A stretch of DNA of 39,457 nt from Actinomycetota bacterium (GTDB lineage Bacteria > Actinomycetota > Actinomycetes > Nanopelagicales > Nanopelagicaceae): the NCBI GenBank assembly GCA_009698045.1, contig WLRE01000001.1, positions 1 to 39,457 of the forward strand, given 5' to 3'. Positions within the stretch are counted from its first letter, which is position 1, and the number at the start of each line of letters is the position of its first letter. Of the stretch, positions 1-10,104 are shown in pieces. A program made the position numbers and the translations under genes. The notes under the pieces are model-generated. The model was not told the DNA's origin, did no database searches, and worked only from the letters and a program-made list of their open reading frames with translations.

Positions 1-408
1 ATTCTCTTGCGCGAACTCCTGCGTTTGACCGAAAAAGCGACGCATCGAATGCGCGAAAGCAATAAGAGTGCGCGAACTATTTCAATTAAAGTGCGCTTTG
101 CAGATTTCAAAACTATCTCTCGATCAAAAACAGTTCCGTTGCCAATCAGTGGAACGCAAGAGGTCTACGAAATTGTTCGCGCACTTTTTAACGCACTTAA
201 GTTGGATGGCGCGAGATTGCGATTAGTCGGAGTAGGGCTAGACGGCCTAGTCGAGGGCATCGATGGTCCAGAACAGATTGCCTTCGGCGAGCGCGAAAAG
301 GGTTGGCGAGAGGCCACTAAGGCGATAGATGCCGCTTCCACCCGATTTGGAGCAGGTTCTGTTCGCCCAGCGCGACTTTTTGAGCCTGAAAGTGAAGACT
401 CAGAGTAA
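1..408 (+). CDS. dinB: DNA polymerase IV (DinB), C-terminal little-finger domain; 5'-partial
   Basis: Frame is open from base 1. RTISIKVRFADFKTISRSKT, LRLVGVGL and a RFGAGSVRPA tail are typical of actinobacterial DinB C-termini; upstream-of-mraZ position fits. Confidence 0.85.
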   Translation: MLLRELLRLTEKATHRMRESNKSARTISIKVRFADFKTISRSKTVPLPISGTQEVYEIVRALFNALKLDGARLRLVGVGLDGLVEGIDGPEQIAFGEREKGWREATKAIDAASTRFGAGSVRPARLFEPESEDSE

Positions 409-439
409 TTTTGGACTTTCGCCAGCGCCTCTCCTGCCC

Positions 440-445
440 TATTCT
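440..445 (+). promoter_or_regulatory. Putative -10 box (TATTCT) for leaderless DUF3040 transcript
   Basis: TANNNT 7 nt upstream of GTG 453. Confidence 0.45.
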
Positions 446-452
446 TGGGGAT

Positions 453-809
453 GTGAGCCTCTCTGATCATGAAAAGCGCCTTCTCGCTGAGATGGAAGCT
501 GCCCTAACGAGTGAAGATCCTCGCTTGGTCTCGACTCTGACCGGCAAGGTGCGCACTCGCAAGGCTGGCCGAGTCTTCACCGGACTGCTCTTGACCTTAG
601 CTGGAATGGCTATCCTTTTAGCTGGTCTTATCGCCCAAATAATCGTGGTCGGAATTCTCGGATTTTTGGTCTCCCTTGTAGGCCTGGTCTTTATCTTTTC
701 GAACTTTCAGCTGGGCACCTCAATGCGAGCAACCGGCCCTAAAGCGCCGAAGCCAAACTGGTCTTCTCGGTTAGAAGAGCGCTGGGAGCGTCGTAACTAC
801 GATCAATAA
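453..809 (+). CDS. DUF3040 family membrane protein
   Basis: SLSDHEKRLLAEMEAALTSEDPRL N-terminus, two TM helices and a RLEERWERR C-terminus; conserved neighbour of mraZ in Actinobacteria. Start moved from 411 to GTG 453. Confidence 0.85.
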   Translation: MSLSDHEKRLLAEMEAALTSEDPRLVSTLTGKVRTRKAGRVFTGLLLTLAGMAILLAGLIAQIIVVGILGFLVSLVGLVFIFSNFQLGTSMRATGPKAPKPNWSSRLEERWERRNYDQ

Positions 810-827
810 TTAGCTTTCTCGCCCGCC

Positions 828-855
828 AACCACCCAGGCTCTGGGTGGTTTTTTT
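828..855 (+). terminator. Intrinsic terminator after DUF3040 gene
   Basis: Perfect stem AACCACCCAG-gct-CTGGGTGGTT followed by a T run. Confidence 0.85.
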
Positions 856-864
856 ATGCCCAAA

Positions 865-941
865 AAGTGGGGCGAGAGTGGGGAATCGGGGAAATAAAGG
901 GAAAAAAAGGGTGCAAAGTGGGGAAAAAGGGAGTAAAGTGG
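865..941 (+). promoter_or_regulatory. mraZ/dcw promoter with ~10-bp-periodic MraZ-type boxes; -10 TAAAGT at 934-939
   Basis: GTGG/GGG boxes at about 867, 878, 888, 899, 909, 918, 929 and 938, mostly preceded by A-tracts. MraZ is known to bind 10-bp-spaced TGGG/GTGG repeats in its own promoter. Confidence 0.75.
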
Positions 942-1007
942 TGGATGTAGCCATTTCTCCCTCGTGGGGAGGGGATTTGGTTTAGAGAACTAGGGGAGGT
1001 GGGTTAG

Positions 1008-1439
1008 ATGTTTCTCGGTACCCATGAACCCAAGTTGGATGAAAAAGGGCGCATTATTTTGCCCGCCAGATTCCGTGATGAATTAGCAAATGGTCTTGTT
1101 GTAACAAAAGGGCAAGAACGTTGTTTATATGTATTTCCTAGCGGTGAATTTTCTGCAATCACCGATCGCCTACGTCAAGCACCTGTTACGGAAAAAGCTG
1201 CGCGCGATTACATGCGCGTGATGTTTGCCGGCGCACACGACGAAGTTCCCGATAAGCAAGGTCGCATCACCCTTCCTGCAGGACTTCGAACATATGCAGG
1301 TCTAGAAAAAGAGTGCGTTGTTATCGGCGCTAATACTCGTTTAGAAATTTGGGATGCACAGTCGTGGGATTCCTATCTTGCAGATCGCGAGAAGAGTTTC
1401 TCTGACGTGTCTTCGGAGGTGCTACCTGGTCTCTTTTAA
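1008..1439 (+). CDS. mraZ: Division/cell wall cluster transcriptional repressor MraZ
   Basis: [23 protein letters not shown] and DKQGRITLP repeated AbrB-like motifs; SD GGAGG. Confidence 0.97.
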   Translation: MFLGTHEPKLDEKGRIILPARFRDELANGLVVTKGQERCLYVFPSGEFSAITDRLRQAPVTEKAARDYMRVMFAGAHDEVPDKQGRITLPAGLRTYAGLEKECVVIGANTRLEIWDAQSWDSYLADREKSFSDVSSEVLPGLF

Positions 1440-1446
1440 ATAACAA

Positions 1447-1542
1447 CTCTCTGTTGTGGCCACCGCCGACCCCATTAACGACGCCCCTTCCCCGGCGCCG
1501 TTACCCCAAGATCCGTCGGCCGGCGGTGACCAGAGCAGAGAG
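1447..1542 (+). ncRNA. mraW RNA motif (cis-regulatory hairpin)
   Basis: Long nested hairpin: CTCTCTGTT/AGCAGAGAG, CACCGCCG/CGGCGGTG, TAACG/CGTTA and CGCC/GGCG, closing a CCTTCCCC loop. It lies between mraZ and rsmH (mraW) and fits the described actinobacterial mraW motif with CUUCCCC loop. Confidence 0.85.
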
Positions 1543-1601
1543 CTCTATACAGAAAAGAAATATGTAGCACTACTAACAACTGATTGATGAAGGGGGAGAA
1601 G

Positions 1602-2546
1602 ATGCAGTTACATATACCAGTCGCACTCAATCGCTGCGTTGCTCTTCTTACTCCTGCAATTGAAAAATCAAATTCTCCCATCGTTATAGATGCAACCCTT
1701 GGCATGGGCGGGCATACGCGAGCACTCCTAGAGGCCTTCCCTTCTTTACGAGTTATTGCTTTTGACCGCGATAGCGCAGCGATAGCAATCGCAAGAAAAA
1801 CTCTTCATGATTTAAGTGAGAGAGTGACGATTGTTCATGCCGTATACGACGAAATAGCAGTGACTCTGGAGAATCTAGGAATCACTGCCGTTGATGGCGT
1901 TCTCTTCGACCTCGGCGTTTCCTCTCTTCAGCTTGATGATGCCGACCGCGGCTTTGCTTACTCGCAAGATGCACCACTTGATATGCGAATGGATCAAAGC
2001 ACTGGATTAAGTGCGCTTGATGTCCTGATGACTTATTCACGTACAGATTTGATACATATCATCCGACTTTATGGCGAAGAGAAATTTGCTCCAAAGATTG
2101 TCGATAACATCATCAAGGCACGTGATGCTGGAACTCTTAAGGGCACCAAAGGCCTTGCCGATATTGTTAAAGAGAGTATTCCTGCACCTGCAAGGCGTAC
2201 CGGTGGCAATCCAGCGAAGCGCACCTTTCAAGCTCTGCGTATCGAAGTTAACCAAGAACTCGAAGTTCTAACTCGCGCCATTCCTCAGGCGATTGCCTCC
2301 CTTGCAGTTGGCGGACGACTTGTCGTGATGGCCTATCAATCTCTGGAAGACAAAATTGTGAAGAAAGCTTTCACGGAAGTGACCACATCTGGTACTCCGC
2401 TTGGACTTCCCGTCGACCTGCCTAACTCCGCGGCGCATTATGAATTTGTCATTCGTGGCAGCGAAGGTGCAAGTGAGGCAGAGATTGCAGAAAATCCACG
2501 TGCATCATCCATGCGTCTGCGCGCGATTGAGAGGGTGGCCGCATAA
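1602..2546 (+). CDS. rsmH: 16S rRNA (cytosine1402-N4)-methyltransferase RsmH
   Basis: HIPV, DATLGMGGH, DLGVSSLQLD, PLDMRMD, TFQALRIEVN; start at ATG 1602 after SD AAGGGGGA. Confidence 0.96.
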   Translation: MQLHIPVALNRCVALLTPAIEKSNSPIVIDATLGMGGHTRALLEAFPSLRVIAFDRDSAAIAIARKTLHDLSERVTIVHAVYDEIAVTLENLGITAVDGVLFDLGVSSLQLDDADRGFAYSQDAPLDMRMDQSTGLSALDVLMTYSRTDLIHIIRLYGEEKFAPKIVDNIIKARDAGTLKGTKGLADIVKESIPAPARRTGGNPAKRTFQALRIEVNQELEVLTRAIPQAIASLAVGGRLVVMAYQSLEDKIVKKAFTEVTTSGTPLGLPVDLPNSAAHYEFVIRGSEGASEAEIAENPRASSMRLRAIERVAA

Positions 2547-3007
2547 TGGCAATTACAACTCTCCCGCCAACAAAATCTCCAACTCCGCTGAAATTACTTC
2601 CAGAAATCACGCGAACGAAAGCGCCTACGCGTCCGCCGGTAATCGCCCGTGGAAGCAAAGTCTTTCTTCGAATACTCCCAGATCTCAAAGTGGCGCCGGG
2701 AGAGCGGACAAGCTTTCGTGGTTTCCTGTTAATTCTTGGCGCAATCGTAATATTTAACGTATTAGCCCTTCTTGCGATTAATACGGTAATGACATCAGAT
2801 GCATTTGTACTCGAGCGCCTAAAATTGCAGACAAATATCGCCAACGATCAACGAGATGCAGTTCTAAAGATTGCGGAGTCCAAGGCTTCTCCCGATCGTC
2901 TCGCTGAAGCAGCGGCCAATTTAGGAATGATTCCAGCGAAGACAATTATCTACTTGGATGGCACCACACTTCCTGACGCCCCATCAAGCACATTGGTCGT
3001 TCCATAA
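2546..3007 (+). CDS. ftsL: Cell division protein FtsL-like
   Basis: Single TM, coiled coil and SPDRLAEAAANLGM motif; lies between rsmH and ftsI. Confidence 0.75.
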   Translation: MAITTLPPTKSPTPLKLLPEITRTKAPTRPPVIARGSKVFLRILPDLKVAPGERTSFRGFLLILGAIVIFNVLALLAINTVMTSDAFVLERLKLQTNIANDQRDAVLKIAESKASPDRLAEAAANLGMIPAKTIIYLDGTTLPDAPSSTLVVP

Positions 3008-4800
3008 TGAGCCATTCTCACTTTCAGAAGCGAATTCGCACATTAGTAGGAATTTCTTTTGCTCTATTTATAATTTTGATTCTTCGACTCATTGAAGTTC
3101 AAGCTGTAAGTGCATCAGCCATAAGCGCGCGTGCCGCAAACGAACTTCTCAATACTTCCGTCCTTCTTGCGCCTCGCGGAACAATTACTGACGCGAATGG
3201 GATTGAACTTGCTCGAAGCGTGGCCGCATTCACAATAGTTATTGACCAAACCATGATTACTGATCCAATTAAGACGGCCGCAATCACCTCTCCCGTATTA
3301 GGAATGACCCCGGAAGAGTTAATTCCGCTATATACCGGCGAAAAGAGATATCAGATAATTCTCAAGAACGCTGAACCTGCCGTATGGCGCAAACTGCAGA
3401 CAACGCTCACTGATTACAACACATCTGTCCTTAAGGAGAGAGGCGGTCTGGCAAAACGTATCGTCGGCTTCTTCTCTGAGCGAAGTTATGTCCGCGAGTA
3501 TCCCACTGGAAAACTCGCCTCCTCCTTGATCGGAATTATTAATGACGCTGGCGTAGGCGCATCAGGCATTGAGAGCAGTTTGAATTCAAAGCTCGCTGGA
3601 GTAAATGGTTTGTACGAGTATGCAAATGGCGCTGGAACAATCATTCCTGGGTCAGCAAATGTTCAGGTCTCCGCTCAAGCCGGAACCGGCGTTCAACTCA
3701 CCATAAATCGCGATATTCAATGGGTTGCCCAGGATGCAATTTCACAAGCAGTGAAAAGTTCTCACGCTAAATCTGGAACTGTGATCGTGATGGACCCAAA
3801 GACGGGTGCGATTTTGGCACAGGCGAGTGCCCCTAACTTTGATCCTGCTGATCGCGCAACTATTACCTTAGAAAGTTTGCGCAATCCTGCAGTGCAAGAT
3901 GTCTATGAGCCTGGCTCAACTGGAAAAGTAATTACCGTTGCCGCTGGCCTAGAAGAGAAAGTTGTAGATCCAGCAACGGTCTTCACAATTCCAAATACAT
4001 ACAAAACCGGTGGGCGCGTTTTTCGTGACGCAGAGAACCATCCGACCGAACGCTTAACGACCGCTGGGATCCTTGCTCGTTCGAGCAATATTGGTGTAAT
4101 TCAAATAGGCGCAAAAATGGAGAATCAGAAGTTTTATGATTACTTAAGAAAATTTGGCATTGGAAGTAACACCGGTTCTGGTTTACCGGGTGAATCTGCC
4201 GGACTTTTGCCTTCGGTAGCAACATGGTCAAATACTTCGGCACCAACAATCGCTTTTGGCCAAGGATATTCAGTTACTGCACTTCAAGCGACAAGTGTCA
4301 TGGCAACGATTGCCAATGGGGGAGTGCGGGTTACTCCAACTGTTGTAGCAGGAACATTTGATCCCAGTGGGCATTACTCACCCGCAAAGAGTCAGTTAAC
4401 AACGCGTGTGGTGAGTGAAGATAGCGCAGCAAGTGTCCGAACGATGCTGGAGAGCGTTGTATCCGAACATGGAACCGCGCCTACCGCTGCCATCCCTGGA
4501 TATCGTGTGGCCGGAAAGACCGGAACTGCCAACCGTGTAGATCCTGAATGTGGTTGCTATCGCGGATACACCTCTTCGTTTATTGGTTATGCACCAGCTG
4601 ACGCGCCACGATATGTAGTGAGCGTCGTAATTCAAAAACCGCAGGGCCAACATTTCGGCGGAGTAATTGCCGGACCAGTTTTCAAAAAAGTAATGTCATT
4701 TGTGCTGCAATCTAAACGAGTTGCTCCAACCGGAGGCAAGCCTTCTCCGCTCGCCCTAACTGAGGCACAGCTGAAATCTCAGCTCGTGGTTAAGAATTAA
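3007..4800 (+). CDS. ftsI: Class B penicillin-binding protein FtsI
   Basis: N-terminal TM, RGTITD, EPGSTGK (SxxK), SSN, KTGTA. Confidence 0.95.
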   Translation: MSHSHFQKRIRTLVGISFALFIILILRLIEVQAVSASAISARAANELLNTSVLLAPRGTITDANGIELARSVAAFTIVIDQTMITDPIKTAAITSPVLGMTPEELIPLYTGEKRYQIILKNAEPAVWRKLQTTLTDYNTSVLKERGGLAKRIVGFFSERSYVREYPTGKLASSLIGIINDAGVGASGIESSLNSKLAGVNGLYEYANGAGTIIPGSANVQVSAQAGTGVQLTINRDIQWVAQDAISQAVKSSHAKSGTVIVMDPKTGAILAQASAPNFDPADRATITLESLRNPAVQDVYEPGSTGKVITVAAGLEEKVVDPATVFTIPNTYKTGGRVFRDAENHPTERLTTAGILARSSNIGVIQIGAKMENQKFYDYLRKFGIGSNTGSGLPGESAGLLPSVATWSNTSAPTIAFGQGYSVTALQATSVMATIANGGVRVTPTVVAGTFDPSGHYSPAKSQLTTRVVSEDSAASVRTMLESVVSEHGTAPTAAIPGYRVAGKTGTANRVDPECGCYRGYTSSFIGYAPADAPRYVVSVVIQKPQGQHFGGVIAGPVFKKVMSFVLQSKRVAPTGGKPSPLALTEAQLKSQLVVKN

Positions 4801-4802
4801 TC

Positions 4803-6290
4803 ATGCGCCCCATCACGCCCGTCTCTCAATCACTTAACGATATTGAGGCATTTCTTGGCTTAGAAGTAAGCGGAAGCAATCTCCTTATTACAGGCATCAC
4901 TGCGCACTCTGGCGAAGTATTGCCGGGCGATCTATTTATTGCACTTAGCGGGGCAACACCACAATCTCGCCATGGCGCAGAATTTATTGCAGAAGCATTA
5001 AGTGCTGGGGCGGTGGCAGTGCTCACAGATGGCAAGAACGAATTGTCATCAACTCGCGTACCGGTGCTAATTCTCAACTCTGCCGAACGCTTTATCGGGG
5101 ATCTCACCTCTTGGTTTTATGGTCACCCCTCACGCCAGATGGTCACTGTAGGAATCACTGGAACTAATGGGAAAACCACCACCGCTTCGCTCCTTCACCA
5201 GCTCTGGACTCTCTCAGATCGGGAGGCGGGGTTCATTGGAACATTAGGAATTGATCTTGGCGCAGAGCATTTTTCTGGCACTCATACAACGCCGGATGCC
5301 ACATCACTGCAAAGCACACTAGGGGCAATGGCTGAACGCCACTTAACGCACGTTGTTATGGAAGTAAGCTCGCATGCACTTGCTCAACATCGCGCTTCAG
5401 GAACACGATTTTCGATGGTCGGTTTCACGCATTTGTCACAAGATCATCTAGATTTCCACGGAGATATGGAGAGTTATTTCCAAGCAAAGGCACGCTTATT
5501 CACTCTGGAATATGCAGATCTCGCCTTTATAAATATCGATAGTTCTTATGGCGTCAGACTTCTTGAATCCGTTTCAATTCCTGTGGTGACTCTCTCTCAT
5601 TACGATCCCAAAGCTAATTGGCATATTGTCCATAGCCATCCAACCGATTCCGGATATGACATTGCCATTCGTGGATTGGGTGGAATTCTTATCGAGGGCT
5701 TCCTTCCTCTCATTGGACGACATAATCTTGAAAACGCTCTGATGGCTATCGCCATGGCAGTTGAGAGCGGAGTCGATCCTTTGTTGATCTCTTCTCGAAT
5801 GCGAGAACTTCGTGGCGTGCCTGGGCGATTAGAGATGATCGACGTGGGGCAAGATTTCACTGCGGTAGTTGATTTTGCACATTCACCCAGCTCGGTTGAG
5901 GCAGTTCTCCAGACCCTTCGTGAAATTACCCCCGGAAAAATCATTGCGGTCCTCGGATGTGGCGGGGATAGAGATAGGACAAAGCGACCATTGATGGGTA
6001 GCGCGCTCTTGTCATACAGCGATCATGCGATATTTACTAGCGATAATCCTCGTTCGGAAGATCCAACCGAAATACTTCGAGAGATGACCTCTGGTATCGC
6101 GCTGCTTCCGACTTCACTTGTGCAAATAGATCGTCGCGCGGCAATCACGCGCGCTGTCTCTCTCGCCATGCCTGGAGACTGTGTTGTCGTCCTCGGAAAA
6201 GGACATGAAGTAGGTCAAGAGATTAAAGGTACTAAACATCCATTTGACGACCGAATAGAACTTGCACGAGCAATAGGAGGATCAAAATGA
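4803..6290 (+). CDS. murE: UDP-MurNAc-Ala-Glu:diaminopimelate ligase MurE
   Basis: GITGTNGKTT, TTPD, MEVSSHAL, DHLDFH, GGDRD; DNPR suggests DAP specificity. Confidence 0.96.
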   Translation: MRPITPVSQSLNDIEAFLGLEVSGSNLLITGITAHSGEVLPGDLFIALSGATPQSRHGAEFIAEALSAGAVAVLTDGKNELSSTRVPVLILNSAERFIGDLTSWFYGHPSRQMVTVGITGTNGKTTTASLLHQLWTLSDREAGFIGTLGIDLGAEHFSGTHTTPDATSLQSTLGAMAERHLTHVVMEVSSHALAQHRASGTRFSMVGFTHLSQDHLDFHGDMESYFQAKARLFTLEYADLAFINIDSSYGVRLLESVSIPVVTLSHYDPKANWHIVHSHPTDSGYDIAIRGLGGILIEGFLPLIGRHNLENALMAIAMAVESGVDPLLISSRMRELRGVPGRLEMIDVGQDFTAVVDFAHSPSSVEAVLQTLREITPGKIIAVLGCGGDRDRTKRPLMGSALLSYSDHAIFTSDNPRSEDPTEILREMTSGIALLPTSLVQIDRRAAITRAVSLAMPGDCVVVLGKGHEVGQEIKGTKHPFDDRIELARAIGGSK

Positions 6291-7663
6291 TTCCGCTATC
6301 GCTAGCCAATATTGCCGAAATTGTTCAAGGTGAATTGTGCAATGTCGCCGATCCAAACAAAATTGTCAATCTTCATGCAGTAATCGATTCTAGAAAAGCC
6401 GACTCCAATACCTTCTTCGCCGCACTTCAAGGCGAGAATGTAGATGGACATGATTTTGCAGAAAGTGCAATCAAGAATGGTGCGGAATTTGCATTACTCT
6501 CACGTGATTTAGGGTTGAGCTCCATACTTGTAGATGATGTGACAATTGCGCTATCGCACCTCGCGCAAAGTGTCCGCAGCCAACTACCTAATCTTAAAGT
6601 TATTGCCATTACGGGCTCACAAGGGAAAACCACCACCAAGGATCTGTTGCAGCACCTATTGAGTGCAGTCGGTGAATCCGTTGCGAATGAGGCGTCACTC
6701 AATAATGAACTTGGGGTCCCACTCACATTATTACGCTGCAATAAGAATACTAAATTTTGTGTTGTTGAAATGGGAGCTCGTCATCGCGGAGATATCGCAC
6801 ATTTAATGGAGATAGCGGCCCCTGATGTTGGTTTAGTTCTGGTTGTCGGTAAAGCGCATATTGGAGAGTTTGGATCTCAGGAGGAGATCGCTGAAACCAA
6901 AGCTGAACTTATTGCTGGACTTGCTGATACCTCTGTCGCTGTTCTCGGAACTTATGATCGTTTTACGCCACATATGGCAGATGGTCGAGCTATGAAAGTC
7001 ATCTCCTTTGGTGAAAAGAGCTCTTGCCTCGTACGCGCAGCGGATATTGAATTGCGAGAAGGTCGCGCACATTTTGATTTGGTTACTCCAGAAGGTCGTC
7101 AAGCGGTCGGACTACAACTTTTGGGAATGCACCAAGTGGCCAACGCGTTAGGAGCTGCCGCTGCGGCTACAGCGCTAGGGATTTCGCTGGAGACCATTTC
7201 TGCTGCGCTCTCCACTGCAGAAGTTGCAAGCAAATGGCGAATGGCGCTGATGCAAGAAGATGAGTTACTTCTCATTAACGATTCATACAACGCGAATCCA
7301 GAGAGTATGGCCGCCGCACTTCGAACCTTGGTCTTATTGGCGCAAGAACGAGGGGGAGCGACCTGGGCGATTTTGGGCAAGATGCACGAACTCGGCGAGT
7401 CATCGATTGAAGAACATCAAAGCATTGGCAGACTCGCCTCTGATATCGGCGTAGATCACTTGGTCTCAGTCGGTACTCGAGATTTCCTCTCGGCTGAAGG
7501 AGATGGAGAGATGGTTCAACACTACTTCTCCGATATTGCGAGTGCGGTTGAAATTACAACTCACTTCTCTGCAGGAGATGTAGTTTTAGTGAAGGCCTCA
7601 CGTGCAGAAGGATTCGAAGTATTAGCGGAGCAGATCATGAGTGCATGGAAGGCGAGTGAGTAG
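6287..7663 (+). CDS. murF: UDP-MurNAc-tripeptide:D-Ala-D-Ala ligase MurF
   Basis: ITGSQGKTTTKD, NNELGVP, EMGA, NDSYNANPESM, KASR. Confidence 0.96.
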   Translation: MIPLSLANIAEIVQGELCNVADPNKIVNLHAVIDSRKADSNTFFAALQGENVDGHDFAESAIKNGAEFALLSRDLGLSSILVDDVTIALSHLAQSVRSQLPNLKVIAITGSQGKTTTKDLLQHLLSAVGESVANEASLNNELGVPLTLLRCNKNTKFCVVEMGARHRGDIAHLMEIAAPDVGLVLVVGKAHIGEFGSQEEIAETKAELIAGLADTSVAVLGTYDRFTPHMADGRAMKVISFGEKSSCLVRAADIELREGRAHFDLVTPEGRQAVGLQLLGMHQVANALGAAAAATALGISLETISAALSTAEVASKWRMALMQEDELLLINDSYNANPESMAAALRTLVLLAQERGGATWAILGKMHELGESSIEEHQSIGRLASDIGVDHLVSVGTRDFLSAEGDGEMVQHYFSDIASAVEITTHFSAGDVVLVKASRAEGFEVLAEQIMSAWKASE

Positions 7664-8731
7664 ATGAAAGGCATATTAGTTGCCGGCGCACTTGCGACCT
7701 TTAGCAGCTTTCTTTTTACCCCCCTTCTCATCAGACTCCTTGCCCGTCGTGGTTATGGTCAGATCATTCGTGATGACGGTCCTGCAACACATCACACCAA
7801 GCGCGGCACGCCCACCATGGGTGGAATCGTTCTCATCGCATCTTCAACTCTTTCGTATTTCATCAGTCACGTTATAACCGGTGACAAAGTAAGTGCTTCT
7901 GGTCTATTGGTGCTAGGTCTTGTCTTCGGTTTAGGCGCAGTCGGATTACTCGATGATTGGCTTAAAGTTTCTAAACAACAATCGCTCGGCCTCAATGCAA
8001 AGCAGAAACTATTCGGACAGGCTGCAGTTGCAGTTGCTTTTGGAATTGGTGGACTTCAATTTACTGACAGTTACGGATTAGCACCGATCTCCCTTCATCT
8101 ATCAACGGTGCGCGAGACATCAATCAAGCTCGGCGCAGTTCTGGTAATTCTCTGGATAGTCTTTCTTGTTCTTGGAACGAGCAACGGAGTTAATCTCACC
8201 GATGGTTTGGATGGCTTGGCATCAGGCGCAGCGATTGCTACCTTCCTCGCATTCATCATGATTGGCGTCTGGGAGTTCAAACAAAGTTGTGGGCTGGAAT
8301 CAAATTTTGGTTCTGCAAATTGTTATGTCGTAAGAGATCCATTAGATATGGCTTTGCTAGCCGCTGCATTTGCAGGAGCGTGTGCTGGCTTCCTCTGGTG
8401 GAATGCATCACCGGCAAAAATATTTATGGGAGACGTCGGATCCCTTGCATTGGGTGGGGCAATGGCCGGACTCGCAATTACCTTGCGAACCGAACTCTTG
8501 CTCGCTCTTTTAGGCGGCCTCTTCGTCATCATCACCATGTCAGTAATTATTCAAACTGGATATTTCAAGTTGTCTGGTGGCAAGCGGGTCTTTCGAATGG
8601 CTCCTTTGCAGCACCATTTTGAGCTATTGGGATGGGGCGAAGTAACTATCGTAATTCGCTTCTGGATTATTGCCGGGCTAAGTGTTGCTGCCGGCCTCGG
8701 AATTTTTTATGGTCAGTGGGTAGTTTCCTAG
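7664..8731 (+). CDS. mraY: Phospho-MurNAc-pentapeptide transferase MraY
   Basis: [35 protein letters not shown]. Confidence 0.97.
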   Translation: MKGILVAGALATFSSFLFTPLLIRLLARRGYGQIIRDDGPATHHTKRGTPTMGGIVLIASSTLSYFISHVITGDKVSASGLLVLGLVFGLGAVGLLDDWLKVSKQQSLGLNAKQKLFGQAAVAVAFGIGGLQFTDSYGLAPISLHLSTVRETSIKLGAVLVILWIVFLVLGTSNGVNLTDGLDGLASGAAIATFLAFIMIGVWEFKQSCGLESNFGSANCYVVRDPLDMALLAAAFAGACAGFLWWNASPAKIFMGDVGSLALGGAMAGLAITLRTELLLALLGGLFVIITMSVIIQTGYFKLSGGKRVFRMAPLQHHFELLGWGEVTIVIRFWIIAGLSVAAGLGIFYGQWVVS

Positions 8732-8733
8732 TC

Positions 8734-10104
8734 ATGTCATTCCTGAGCGAACTTCCCTCAAAGAAAATTCTGGTCGTTGGCGCTGGGGTAACCGGTAGCG
8801 CTGTGGTGCGCTACTTACAAAGCATTGGCCATAAGAATTTTATAATTCTCGACGAACGAGCAGCAGAAGTAGAGGGCGTGAGTGTCGTAAACAAGATCCT
8901 TGCCCCGGATTTCGACTTAGCCATAGTGTCGCCAGGCTGGAAGCAAGAGAATCCAATTTTCGCAGATTTACGGCAAGCGTCAGTTGAGATTATTGGAGAG
9001 TTGGACTTTGCCTGGCGGCTACGCCAAGAGATTGCGCCAGAACAGAAATGGCTGGCTCTGACTGGCACAAACGGAAAGACCACAACCGTGCAGATGGTGG
9101 AGAGTATTTTCCAAGCAGCTGGCATTCATGGAATTGCATGTGGAAATGTTGGAACAACTGTTATTGAGGCATTGCAGACAGATCCGATTCATGATGTCTT
9201 AGTCATCGAACTCTCTTCATTCCAGATTCAATGGAGTAACGAGGCGAGATTTGAAACCGTGGCAATTCTAAATCTTGCTGATGATCACATCGATTGGCAC
9301 GGCTCCTTTGAAAGTTATGCCAATGCCAAAATATCTTTGCTAGAAATGAGTAAAAGGGCGGTCCTCAATCTTTCAGACCCAGAAATAGTTCTCCGTTCGA
9401 CTTCCTGGAACGGGGAGAAGATTTTCTTTGGGCTAGATACTCCCAACAGTGGCGAGGTGGGCCTAGTTGAGAACTTGCTCGTAGACCGCGCTTTCAGTGA
9501 ATCTGATTCCGCCGCTGAAGTTATAGCCGAACTGACTGATATTAATCCCGCTGTACCGCATAATGTGATGAATGCTCTCGCTGCCGCGGCGCTTGCTCTC
9601 TCTTACGGTATTTCGCATGAAAGCGTTAGGGCGGGCTTATCTTCATTTATGCCCGACCATCACCGCCTGGAATTAGTGCACGAAAGCAATGGAATTTCTT
9701 GGGTCAATGATTCGAAGGCTACGAATCCACATGCCGCCCTTGCTGCGCTTGGGTCGTATCTCTCGGTAATTTGGATTGCAGGTGGTTTAGCCAAAGGAGC
9801 GCGGATGGATTCACTTATTTCTCGCGCCGCATCACGAGTTAAAGCCGCGATATTGATTGGCGAGGATAGAGAAATCATCGCTTCATCACTCAAGAACATT
9901 GCACCAGAGATTCCAGTATTTTTCATAGATAAGAGCGGCACGTCGATGGCCATGATGGAGGCGGTCGTTGCTAAAGCTGCCGAACTTGCTGAAAGTGGAG
10001 ATACCGTCTTATTGGCACCTGCTTGCGCGTCGATGGATCAATTCACTTCATATGCCCAACGAGGAGAGTTCTTTGCGCAGAGCGTTAAGAGGTTAAATCC
10101 ATGA
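8734..10104 (+). CDS. murD: UDP-MurNAc-L-Ala:D-Glu ligase MurD
   Basis: GAGVTG, TGTNGKTTT, ELSSFQ, NDSKATN, APACASMDQF; start moved from 8632 to ATG 8734, just after the mraY stop. Confidence 0.96.
   Translation: MSFLSELPSKKILVVGAGVTGSAVVRYLQSIGHKNFIILDERAAEVEGVSVVNKILAPDFDLAIVSPGWKQENPIFADLRQASVEIIGELDFAWRLRQEIAPEQKWLALTGTNGKTTTVQMVESIFQAAGIHGIACGNVGTTVIEALQTDPIHDVLVIELSSFQIQWSNEARFETVAILNLADDHIDWHGSFESYANAKISLLEMSKRAVLNLSDPEIVLRSTSWNGEKIFFGLDTPNSGEVGLVENLLVDRAFSESDSAAEVIAELTDINPAVPHNVMNALAAAALALSYGISHESVRAGLSSFMPDHHRLELVHESNGISWVNDSKATNPHAALAALGSYLSVIWIAGGLAKGARMDSLISRAASRVKAAILIGEDREIIASSLKNIAPEIPVFFIDKSGTSMAMMEAVVAKAAELAESGDTVLLAPACASMDQFTSYAQRGEFFAQSVKRLNP

Noticed and set aside
739-954. 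71-aa minus-strand ORF rich in P/F/L
   Set aside because: Translation artefact of the G/A-rich MraZ operator and terminator
8632-8733. Cys-rich N-terminal extension of MurD (and similar extensions of MurG, Lgt, RsmH)
   Set aside because: Over-extended starts; the MurD, MurG and Lgt extensions overlap upstream genes and better downstream starts exist
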